Program-made: the position numbers and the translations under genes
Source: a virus
Length of the DNA: 64,000 nt
Reading direction: 5' to 3' (one strand)
IMG/VR virus record: IMGVR_UViG_3300025096_000004
Span: 32,001 to 96,000 of that record
Part shown: piece after piece, positions 27,652 through 36,028 of the stretch
How the letters are laid out: every line of letters begins with the position of its first letter
Position numbering within the stretch: position 1 is the first letter of the stretch
The notes under the pieces: model-generated
The model's input: the letters and a program-made list of their open reading frames with translations, nothing else
The model's database searches: none
What the model was told of the DNA's origin: nothing

Positions 27652-28628
27652 GAACAGCTTTTATAACTGGGGTTAATGGACAAGATGGTTCCTATTTATC
27701 TGAATATCTATTACAAAAAGGGTATAGGGTTGTTGGTTTAATAAGAAGAACAAGCACATCAGAGAGAGAAAAATATAAAAATCTTGAAAATATCTTGGAT
27801 AATAAAAATTTCATTTTGGAGACCGGAGATTTAACGGATATAACTTCAATAATAAGAATTATAAAAAAACATAAGCCCCACGAATTATATAATTTGGCGG
27901 CACAATCCCATGTTGGGGAGTCTTTTAATAGCCCCGTAATGACAATGAATGTTAATGCTCTAGGCACAATAAATATTTTAGAAGCCATTAGGATTTGTGA
28001 CAAAAATATTAAATTATATCAGGCTTCAACTTCGGAAATGTTTGGAGACTTGAGCGCAATCCAGAATGAAAATACCACATTTAACCCTGTTTCTCCATAC
28101 GCATGCTCTAAGGTGTGTGCCCACAACATGGTAGTTAACTATAGAAAGGCATATAATTTGTTTGCAAGTTGTGGTATATTATTTAATCATGAATCTCCAA
28201 GACGAGGTGAAGATTTTGTCACCAGAAAAATAACCAAAGCCGCCGCCCGAATTAAATTAGGTAAACAAAGCAAGATTTACCTAGGGAATATAAAAACTTA
28301 TAGGGATTGGGGATATGCTGGTGATTATGTCGAGGCTATGTGGAAAATATTAAATCACACTAAGCCTGATGATTTTGTTATAGCAAGTAGTAATAGTATC
28401 ACCGTTGAAGATTTTTTGAAAATTGTTTTTAATATAGCAGATTTAGATTATAAAGACTTTCTTGTCATAGACAAGTCTTTGTTTCGACCACATGATGTTC
28501 CGTATTTGAAAGGCGATGCGACAAAAGCAAAAGAAGTATTGGATTGGAAACCCAAAACCACCCTAGAGGAACTTGCCAAGATGATGTATGAAAATGATTT
28601 TGTATTGGAGAGCAAAGATGTCAAATAG
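27648..28628 (+). CDS. gmd: GDP-mannose 4,6-dehydratase
   Basis: FITGVNGQDGSYL, YNLAAQSHV, YQASTSEMFG, SPYACSK, GILFNHESPRRGEDFVTRKIT, RDWGYAGDYV. Confidence 0.95.
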   Translation: MRTAFITGVNGQDGSYLSEYLLQKGYRVVGLIRRTSTSEREKYKNLENILDNKNFILETGDLTDITSIIRIIKKHKPHELYNLAAQSHVGESFNSPVMTMNVNALGTINILEAIRICDKNIKLYQASTSEMFGDLSAIQNENTTFNPVSPYACSKVCAHNMVVNYRKAYNLFASCGILFNHESPRRGEDFVTRKITKAAARIKLGKQSKIYLGNIKTYRDWGYAGDYVEAMWKILNHTKPDDFVIASSNSITVEDFLKIVFNIADLDYKDFLVIDKSLFRPHDVPYLKGDATKAKEVLDWKPKTTLEELAKMMYENDFVLESKDVK

Positions 28629-29523
28629 TGTGACTGTAGTATGTTTTGGGGCGTATGGAGATATCTTAAATTCAACCCCAATAGCAAAGCATTACAAAAT
28701 GGAAGGAAAAGATGTTACTTGGGTGACCAAAAGAAAATATTCATCTTGTATAGACAATAATCCATATATTGATCAAATTTTTTATTTTAAAAAAGATATA
28801 GAAAATCAATTTGATTATGTATATATGACTTTTAGCTGCATGGAGCATCCTTTATTCAATACCCCATCATCAATGTCTATATCTAAGATATTGCCAAATT
28901 CAAAAGTGATCTTTTCCGCTCCTTATGCATCACCATATGCAGATGGCAGCCCAAGAAGCACTTTACTTAATATAATAAAAGACGAATGTAGTGGAATAAA
29001 AGAGTGGAATTGTGATTTTATTCCTATTGTTCGCTTGGCTTCCACCGAAGAAAAAGAAGCCATTAAATTTTACAGCAAGCTACAGGGCAATAAGAAAATT
29101 TTAATAGAATACGAATTTCACTCCGCTCAATCAATGTGGGACAAAGAATATCTTATTGAGACGTGTAAATATTTAAACAATAAAGATGTGGATATAATTT
29201 TAACTGGCAAGAACGAATTACCCTACTTAGAAGAATTAAAAACCCAATTTGATATCAATTTTTATCATTATCATGGCAGTTTTATGTCTAATGCTAAATT
29301 ATATAATCTAGTTGATATGTTTATAGGAGTCTCTTCAGGGATTACTTGTTTGACATCGTCTGATTATTGCGATACAAACAAAGAAAGAATTGAAGTAATC
29401 AAGGGTCCACATTGGGGCACTGCGGATTGGAAACACAATCAAGAAAACAAGACAATATGCTATAATTTTGATGAATATTGTAGAGCCCTTGATAAAACTA
29501 AGGAAGTTTTAAAAAGTGCTTAA
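28618..29523 (+). CDS. GT9/heptosyltransferase-like glycosyltransferase
   Basis: GAYGDILNSTP...WVT...NNPYID N-terminus and DMFIGVSSGIT C-terminal motif; start moved to ATG 28618. Confidence 0.6.
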   Translation: MSNSVTVVCFGAYGDILNSTPIAKHYKMEGKDVTWVTKRKYSSCIDNNPYIDQIFYFKKDIENQFDYVYMTFSCMEHPLFNTPSSMSISKILPNSKVIFSAPYASPYADGSPRSTLLNIIKDECSGIKEWNCDFIPIVRLASTEEKEAIKFYSKLQGNKKILIEYEFHSAQSMWDKEYLIETCKYLNNKDVDIILTGKNELPYLEELKTQFDINFYHYHGSFMSNAKLYNLVDMFIGVSSGITCLTSSDYCDTNKERIEVIKGPHWGTADWKHNQENKTICYNFDEYCRALDKTKEVLKSA

Positions 29524-30193
29524 TATTATTTATTTGAGCAATGAGGGGGATTTTGGAAAAAAAGGATTACAGTTATTGGAAGAAATAACCAATTTAGAGG
29601 TAAAAGGTAAATTTTTTGGGACAGAGATGACAAAGGGTGATATACCAGATAACACTGATTTAATAATTTCTTTTTGTTATCCCAAGCTTATCAAAAAAGA
29701 AGTTTTTGAAGTCGCACGTTTTGGGTGTATAAATTTCCATCCTGCCCCCCTTCCGGAATATAAGGGCTTCGCCGTGTATAATTTTGCAATACTAAATGGC
29801 GAAAAAGAGTGGGGTGTTTCTGCACATTTCATTGATCAAAAATTTGATACTGGAGATATTATAAAAGTTAATAGGTTTAAAATTGGTAAAGAAACAGCCC
29901 ATTCGTTGAGAAAAAAAAGCAGAGATAGGTTGCTTATTTTACTCAAAGAAGTAGCCAATGAATTTGCTTTGAGTGGTAAACTAACATCAATCAAGCAAGA
30001 CAAAAATAAAGGAAAATATTATTCGAAAAAGATGATGAATGAAAACAGAGTGATAACCCCATCCGATGATGCTATCACGATAGAGAGGAAAATTAGAGCA
30101 TTCTGGTGCCCCCCTTATGCCGGCGCCGCTATAAAATTAAATAATATTGAGTATACTTTAATAAATAAAGAGATATTAAAAACAATAGAATAG
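29516..30193 (+). CDS. Formyltransferase (likely sugar-nucleotide N-formyltransferase)
   Basis: CINFHPAPLPEYKG, GVSAHFID..FDTGDI; sits in a sugar cluster. Confidence 0.85.
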   Translation: MLNIIYLSNEGDFGKKGLQLLEEITNLEVKGKFFGTEMTKGDIPDNTDLIISFCYPKLIKKEVFEVARFGCINFHPAPLPEYKGFAVYNFAILNGEKEWGVSAHFIDQKFDTGDIIKVNRFKIGKETAHSLRKKSRDRLLILLKEVANEFALSGKLTSIKQDKNKGKYYSKKMMNENRVITPSDDAITIERKIRAFWCPPYAGAAIKLNNIEYTLINKEILKTIE

Positions 30194-30201
30194 GAGAAAA
30201 A

Positions 30202-30510
30202 ATGGCCGATACACTTGGAGGTTTAATAGATAAACTCATCACTATCGATATGAAAATGTGGAACAATCAAGAGTTTCTCTATGAAGTGAGGCGCCTTTCC
30301 TTTGATGAGTTTCAAAAAAAATACACTGAAACAGAGAAGAAAAGAATAGATTTGTTTAGTTCAGTTAAAAAATGTTGCGACTTAAATATGCAAAGGAATC
30401 AACTGATTGATGAAATCGATGAAAAAATAATAGACATTGTCAAGACAGCCCTTTCGGGCAAAAATATAGATGATGGAAAATTTATTCAAAGAAAACATAA
30501 AACATATTAA
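30202..30510 (+). CDS. Small helical protein (DUF4254-like)
   Basis: TLGGLIDKLITIDMKMW...LNMQRNQLIDEID; AGGAG SD. Confidence 0.6.
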   Translation: MADTLGGLIDKLITIDMKMWNNQEFLYEVRRLSFDEFQKKYTETEKKRIDLFSSVKKCCDLNMQRNQLIDEIDEKIIDIVKTALSGKNIDDGKFIQRKHKTY

Positions 30511-30533
30511 TCGAAGTCCTTAAGAGATACCAT

Positions 30534-31640
30534 ATGATAAGAATTTATGAACCATATTTAACAGAGTCAACTAAGAAGTACGCCCATGATGCAATAGAGT
30601 CTGGGTGGATTTCTTCTCAAGGCTCCTATATTGCTGTGGCTAGAGAAAGTTTGGCATCACTTATGGGAGTGAAACATTGTGTTCTTTTATCAAATGGAAC
30701 AACTGCAACCCATTGCTTGTCTAAAGGATTAAATTTTAAATATCCAAAAATAAAGAATTTAATTGTACCAAACAACGTCTATGTAGCAGCATGGAATTCT
30801 TTTTTACACGATGGTCAATATGAAGACATTACTGCGATCGATGCTTGCGAAGATACGTGGAATTACAATTTGGACAAATTATATAAAACTCTTGAAGAAG
30901 TAGATTTTGATACAACAGCGCTCTTGTGTGTTCACAATTTGGGAAACATTATAAATATACCGAAAATCAAAAGAGATTTTCCATCTTTGGTTATCGTTGA
31001 GGATAACTGTGAAGGGTTTTTGGGAAAATATGAGAATTCTTACTCTGGTACTCAATCTTTCTGCGCTTCAGTTTCTTTTTATGCTAACAAGAACATTACT
31101 TCGGGAGAAGGCGGCGCCTTTTTCACCAATTGTGATGAGACATATCATTATATTTCGTCATTTATAAATCAAGGAAACACAAAGGAGAAGTTTATTCATG
31201 ATAAGTTGTCGCAAAACTATAGAATGACAAATATCCAAGCCGCTCTTTTATTGGGACAAATTGAAGATTTGGAGTTGATTCGAGAAAAAAAGAATGTTAT
31301 TTTTGAAAAGTATAAACAAAAATTACCAAATATTGATAATGTAACAATCCAATCAAGAGAGGCTAATACAGACCCCGCCGATTGGATGATGGGCGTAAGA
31401 GTTACAAATGGCAAAACCTATAGCACCATTGAGTCGGAATTAAAATCAATGGGCGTCGAAACCCGTCCTATGTTTTATTGTTATAATAGACACAAACATC
31501 TTAAAAAGATTATAAAATCAGAAACAAACAAAGTAGCCGAACACCTTAGCTTATGTGGCTTTATGATACCAAGCCACCCCTTGTTGTCTGAATATGAGAC
31601 AGATTTTATAATAGATAGTATTGCAAAAATATCAAAATAA
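30534..31640 (+). CDS. DegT/DnrJ/EryC1/StrS PLP aminotransferase (perosamine synthase-like)
   Basis: SGWISSQG, NGTTATH, IVEDNCE, SFYANKNITSGEGG (PLP lysine), NYRMTNIQAA, ETRPMFY. Confidence 0.9.
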   Translation: MIRIYEPYLTESTKKYAHDAIESGWISSQGSYIAVARESLASLMGVKHCVLLSNGTTATHCLSKGLNFKYPKIKNLIVPNNVYVAAWNSFLHDGQYEDITAIDACEDTWNYNLDKLYKTLEEVDFDTTALLCVHNLGNIINIPKIKRDFPSLVIVEDNCEGFLGKYENSYSGTQSFCASVSFYANKNITSGEGGAFFTNCDETYHYISSFINQGNTKEKFIHDKLSQNYRMTNIQAALLLGQIEDLELIREKKNVIFEKYKQKLPNIDNVTIQSREANTDPADWMMGVRVTNGKTYSTIESELKSMGVETRPMFYCYNRHKHLKKIIKSETNKVAEHLSLCGFMIPSHPLLSEYETDFIIDSIAKISK

Positions 31641-31652
31641 AGGAGAAAACAG

Positions 31653-31868
31653 ATGAAATTAAGCGATCAAGCAATGGGGGCTATTATGATGGCCTTGCAG
31701 AAATCTCTAATGGAGCAGAGTGACATTGTTCCGTTGCTGAAGGAGATGAACTTTGTTGAGATGGACAATGGAGAATTGTTGGTTGAAAATCCGCCAACAG
31801 TTAAAGCTCCTAACACAGGTGTTAAAATTGTTGAAGAGGACAAAACAGTTTTAAACTATGGGAATTGA
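31653..31868 (+). CDS. Hypothetical protein (71 aa)
   Basis: AAGGAG SD. Confidence 0.7.
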   Translation: MKLSDQAMGAIMMALQKSLMEQSDIVPLLKEMNFVEMDNGELLVENPPTVKAPNTGVKIVEEDKTVLNYGN

Positions 31869-31872
31869 ATGG

Positions 31873-32121
31873 ATGCCAAGATATGTTTACAAGTGTAAAG
31901 ATTGCGAAGCCAGCTTCATGACTGTGCATGGTATTATGGAGGATCAAGATCATTGCGAGGTTTGTTTTAATTTTGGTTCAGTCTTTCGAATCCCCCAGAT
32001 GCCAACCGTCAGGGTCACCAAAGAAAAATCAGGCAATCTTGTGAAAGAGTTTATAGAGGACTCAAGAAAAGAACTTAATGAAGAAAAGAAAAAATTGACA
32101 AGTGAGGAATATGATCGATGA
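31873..32121 (+). CDS. FmdB-like zinc-ribbon protein
   Basis: MPRYVYKCKDC...HCEVC; start moved to ATG 31873. Confidence 0.8.
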   Translation: MPRYVYKCKDCEASFMTVHGIMEDQDHCEVCFNFGSVFRIPQMPTVRVTKEKSGNLVKEFIEDSRKELNEEKKKLTSEEYDR

Positions 32122-32531
32122 CGATACTTAATATATGGTTAATAGTGGCCTTGACTCTTTCGTTAACAGCAAATATTTTGTTGGTGTGGTACCTTCGAAA
32201 ACTTCTTGATAAATTTCTATTTATATCCCAAAACCTTGGTGATTTAGTAGAAATGGTTGAAAATTATCATGCGCACCTCAAACATGTTAATAATATGGAA
32301 ACTTATAATGGAGACGAAACAATAGAGTACTTACTACGCCACACACATAGTTTGATTGATTTAATGGATGATTATAGAGATGTTTACGATATTAGCATAC
32401 CTTTAGAAGGAAAACAGGAGAACCTAGATAATGAAGAACGAGACACCCAAATTGAAGAGGAGGAGGCGGAGCCGGTCTCGATCTCCGAAGAAAATGTATT
32501 TTACGCAGGAACACGAAGACGCAATAGTTAA
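32118..32531 (+). CDS. N-terminally membrane-anchored hypothetical protein
   Basis: Hydrophobic IWLIVALTLSLTANILLVWYL; acidic tail overlaps the sigma gene. Confidence 0.7.
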   Translation: MTILNIWLIVALTLSLTANILLVWYLRKLLDKFLFISQNLGDLVEMVENYHAHLKHVNNMETYNGDETIEYLLRHTHSLIDLMDDYRDVYDISIPLEGKQENLDNEERDTQIEEEEAEPVSISEENVFYAGTRRRNS

Positions 32532-33153
32532 ATATGCTCTTACAAATTGCAGAGAGGTAAGGACAGAGCTTTATGTTACGCTGCTTAAACCAGCATTTGA
32601 TGAAATGGTTGATAAAATAGTTTTTACTTATAAATTTACAACTTTGCCAAATATTGATGAATTAAGAGATGAGTGTAAGGTATGGCTAACTACTATTCTA
32701 GATAAGTATGATCCCAACAAGGGGTCCAAAGCTTTTTCATATTTTAGTGTTATAACGAAAAACTGGTTTATTCATAAGGTTAAACAAACAACTCGCCGAG
32801 CAAAGAGAGAAGTTGACTATGAATTGGTTGCAAAAGAAGTTGATGAAAAACTTGTTGATAACAGGAATATCTATGTTGAAACTCGAGAGAAAAAAGAGTT
32901 CTGGCAAAATCTTTGGAAAGAAATCGAAAGTTGGCAACCCGAAATGATGAAAGAGAATGAACGCAAGGTGTATGAAGCAGTAAAAATCCTTTTACAATCT
33001 GTGGATCAGATTGATATTTACAACAAAAAGGCGGTTTATCTTTATTTGAGAGAATTAACTGATTTAAACACTAAACAAGTTGTTAATCAACTCAATAAGA
33101 TGAGAAAAAAATATAAGGTATTTCGGAGGAATTGGGATGACGGGAAAATTTAA
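32431..33153 (+). CDS. Phage sigma factor (region-2-like; candidate late sigma)
   Basis: YFTQEHEDAI, DKYDPNKGSKAFSYFSVITKNWFI resembles sigma region 2; lies just upstream of the baseplate module. Confidence 0.7.
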   Translation: MKNETPKLKRRRRSRSRSPKKMYFTQEHEDAIVKYALTNCREVRTELYVTLLKPAFDEMVDKIVFTYKFTTLPNIDELRDECKVWLTTILDKYDPNKGSKAFSYFSVITKNWFIHKVKQTTRRAKREVDYELVAKEVDEKLVDNRNIYVETREKKEFWQNLWKEIESWQPEMMKENERKVYEAVKILLQSVDQIDIYNKKAVYLYLRELTDLNTKQVVNQLNKMRKKYKVFRRNWDDGKI

Positions 33154-33159
33154 CCTGAG

Positions 33160-33167
33160 ACTAGTTA
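33160..33167 (+). promoter_or_regulatory. ACTAGTTA putative late-promoter motif
   Basis: Heads the 33172-46229 structural gene run; 4 nt before ATG. Confidence 0.5.
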
Positions 33168-33171
33168 AGGC

Positions 33172-33477
33172 ATGGCAAGCGAATTAGATAAATATTTACA
33201 AGAGACAGTGGACAATATCCGCAATGATAGAGAGGTCACCAAAGAATTGTTAGATGATGCAATGAAATGGTTAGCCAAGGACGAATCTCGTCATCGTGAG
33301 TTGGGACTTGTATTATCAAAATATGTTGAAACATTGCAGAGATCAAATGAGCAGTTGGTAAAAGTGGCCTCTCTTATTTCAAAAAAAGCATCATCCCAAG
33401 ATCTTACTGATGATGACAAAGAGCAAATATTTGATATGATCAAGGGAGATGAAAAAGATGAAACATCACAATCCTGA
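33172..33477 (+). CDS. Hypothetical coiled-coil protein (101 aa)
   Basis: ORF with KYVETLQRSNEQL; function not recognised. Confidence 0.7.
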   Translation: MASELDKYLQETVDNIRNDREVTKELLDDAMKWLAKDESRHRELGLVLSKYVETLQRSNEQLVKVASLISKKASSQDLTDDDKEQIFDMIKGDEKDETSQS

Positions 33478-34642
33478 TTTGTTAGCAGATGATCATAGTC
33501 TAAGTCAAGTTCGTCAAGATATGGAGGATGATATAATTAAAGATGCTTTTTTTGATTTTACCAAAGGTAAGAGAAATTGGAGAGCAGTTTGTTTGACCGA
33601 TTCGGACTCATCAGATAAAAAAATGATAAATTCGCTAGATGGCTCTCGACTGCCAATCAAACTAAGAGTGTTGGATACATTGGATTCTGTTCTACCCAAC
33701 CCCTGTGCTCTTAAGTTTTCTGAGCCCGAGGTGAAAAAGATAGTTTCACTTTACCCAACCGGATGGTCAACACAGCCATTCGAAAATCGATACTCTTTGC
33801 CGTCATTTGGGCATGTATTAAGGGTCTCTTTTAATGAAAAAGGCCCCGCCGAACAAGGCCGCCACAGAGGTCTTCAGTACACATATAAGACAGATAAAGA
33901 AACAGAACGTTACGACTGTGAAACACGAAAGTTTATGGGCGGCCTAACTAGTTTTACAGGAAGAAATGCTAGATTATTGAGGTCTGTTGCCCCCGGTGCC
34001 GCCGGACCTCATGGCGCCATAGGCCCTCCTCTTGGCGCCGCCTCTTGGGATGACACCGTCGGCGCGGGTGAAACACATTGGTCTAATGAAGATACGAAGA
34101 ATAACTATATGGACAGCAATCACTCTAATCGAAATTCATATGATGATTTGATTGTCAAGTGGTCGTCTCAATATAATATTGATCCAAATTTGGTCAAAGC
34201 ACTCATATGGGCCGAGAGTGGTTTTAAAATCAAAGCTCAATCGAACAAAGGCGCCTCCGGCCTGACTCAGATCATGCCAGATACTCAAGAGAGTATTAAT
34301 AAAGTTTTAAAATATAAAACAATAAATTTGGGAGATCCCGACCAAGCGGTTCATTTTGGCGTTTATTATCTTGTAAGAAAAATAAATCAAGTCGCAGAGA
34401 AGAATTATGTAGACAAATATAAGGACGTCGAAAATGTAAACGCCGGCGGTAAAGGATATAGTGCGCTTGAATTGGGCTTAATATCATATAACTCTGGTCG
34501 AGGAAACTTGGTAAAATACGGCCCAAAGACAGTTATGGGTGAGAGATGGGACTGCAAAAACAACGCTTGTGGTCAAACAAGAAAATATGTTCGAAAGGTG
34601 ACAGCATGGTATGAATGGCTCCTCGCGAATGAAAAATTATAG
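33458..34642 (+). CDS. Baseplate-associated protein: shared N-terminal domain plus SLT lytic transglycosylase
   Basis: YDDLI...YNIDPNLVKALIWAESG, GASGLTQIMP, SYNSG, TRKYVRKV; start moved to 33458 (GGGAG SD). Confidence 0.85.
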   Translation: MKHHNPDLLADDHSLSQVRQDMEDDIIKDAFFDFTKGKRNWRAVCLTDSDSSDKKMINSLDGSRLPIKLRVLDTLDSVLPNPCALKFSEPEVKKIVSLYPTGWSTQPFENRYSLPSFGHVLRVSFNEKGPAEQGRHRGLQYTYKTDKETERYDCETRKFMGGLTSFTGRNARLLRSVAPGAAGPHGAIGPPLGAASWDDTVGAGETHWSNEDTKNNYMDSNHSNRNSYDDLIVKWSSQYNIDPNLVKALIWAESGFKIKAQSNKGASGLTQIMPDTQESINKVLKYKTINLGDPDQAVHFGVYYLVRKINQVAEKNYVDKYKDVENVNAGGKGYSALELGLISYNSGRGNLVKYGPKTVMGERWDCKNNACGQTRKYVRKVTAWYEWLLANEKL

Positions 34643-34657
34643 AAAGAGGTACGCAAA

Positions 34658-36025
34658 ATGACTTATTTAAATCCTGACTTGATAGCTGATGATTTTTCGC
34701 TAAGCCAAATTCTCGAGGAGAAGGTAGCGAATCAACATGATGATATTTACAATAATACAATTAGGGGCAAGGAGCATTTTACAAGCAGGGTGATAACAAA
34801 CAGCGCATTACGCGGAAAAGATGAAAACTATACTGGCCGTCATTTTTTCTGTAAGGCACGTCCTCTTGACACAATGCATGATCATTGTGTTCCTGATCCA
34901 TGCACCAACCACAAGCTTGGAAAGGAGCAGCAAAAATTATTAATTAGCCTTCATCCCACTATGGTCTCCAAGAGTCCAATGAATGAGAATCAACGACCGC
35001 CAAGGTTTAGTGATAAGATAAAAATGTCTTTTTATGGAGAGGGTCCAAATGGAATGACAGCAAAAATGCGCGATATTAGATATTCCCACAAAAGCAAAAT
35101 AGATGAATTTCAATATGCATGCGCTTTTGAAGAGATAGAAGAAATGGCAGGTATGTTTGGATCTGGCCTCCCTTCAGAGCCCTTAAACCGATCAGGTGGG
35201 AACAGAAAACAGAGAGGTGACTTCCCCGACGCCAGTCTTTTTCACAACACGACTGACGGCCTCCCTGACAACCCATCGCCCAACATCCCCGGTCCATTTT
35301 CGAAATATTATGATTGTTCTAAAAAATATAAGTATACAGGCCAGCACCCTGACTTTCAAGGTCAAGAAATATATAATGGCCAATTTCCCAATGAACTCTT
35401 GGCCCTTGCTAAACACGGAAAAGGCGGCGGTGCTGGGCAAGAGAATGGAAAAACCATTTTGGCTCGCGAGGCTGTTAGATCATATGATGAAATGGCAAAA
35501 GCATATCACGCCGACACCGGCCGCGATCTTGTTGCTTCGGGCTATCGCCCGGTATATCGTCAACAGGACGCCCGCCAAGATGCTATTAAAAAATATGGTT
35601 CTCATTCCGGCTCGAAGGCATACAAAAAAACTGCAACCCCCGGAAATTCAAAGCATGGCCTCGGCCTTGCCGTCGATTTTAAGAATGGTAACATTGATCA
35701 CAGTGTCTATGGTTGGACAGATAAAACATATTATTGGTTGGTTGACAATGCCAATGCCTTTGGCTGGTACCACCCTTCTTGGGCTGCAAAGAATGATGAT
35801 AATGAACCGTGGCATTGGGAATATAAGTTTGCAGATAAAATTTTAAAGCTGAATACTGAATCCAAATCAGAAGCCCGAGCACGTCGAAGAGCTTTTGAGA
35901 AAGCCAACAAAATCGATTGCTCCAAGCGCAATCCAAAACTAAAAGTTTCGATAGATCCACTTGACACTGATACGACTTTATTTGATAGTCCTTTACTTAT
36001 TCAAATTCAACAGGGAGTGGCATAG
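34658..36025 (+). CDS. Baseplate-associated protein: shared N-terminal domain plus M15 (VanY-like) peptidase
   Basis: SGYRP, ATPGNSKHGLGLAVD (SxHxxGxAxD), EPWHWEY. Confidence 0.85.
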   Translation: MTYLNPDLIADDFSLSQILEEKVANQHDDIYNNTIRGKEHFTSRVITNSALRGKDENYTGRHFFCKARPLDTMHDHCVPDPCTNHKLGKEQQKLLISLHPTMVSKSPMNENQRPPRFSDKIKMSFYGEGPNGMTAKMRDIRYSHKSKIDEFQYACAFEEIEEMAGMFGSGLPSEPLNRSGGNRKQRGDFPDASLFHNTTDGLPDNPSPNIPGPFSKYYDCSKKYKYTGQHPDFQGQEIYNGQFPNELLALAKHGKGGGAGQENGKTILAREAVRSYDEMAKAYHADTGRDLVASGYRPVYRQQDARQDAIKKYGSHSGSKAYKKTATPGNSKHGLGLAVDFKNGNIDHSVYGWTDKTYYWLVDNANAFGWYHPSWAAKNDDNEPWHWEYKFADKILKLNTESKSEARARRRAFEKANKIDCSKRNPKLKVSIDPLDTDTTLFDSPLLIQIQQGVA

Positions 36026-36028
36026 ATT

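Noticed and set aside
29516-30193. Methionyl-tRNA formyltransferase (fmt)
   Set aside because: Shorter than typical Fmt and embedded between Gmd/GT and a DegT aminotransferase; a sugar N-formyltransferase fits better
33172-33477. Terminase small subunit
   Set aside because: Only size and helicity fit; no recognisable motif and no large subunit nearby
35196-35846. 216-aa alternative-frame ORF, and the many other short shadow ORFs such as 16146-16556(-), 36758-37138(-) and 49756-50151
   Set aside because: They lie fully inside well-supported genes, with no recognisable motifs or SD sites
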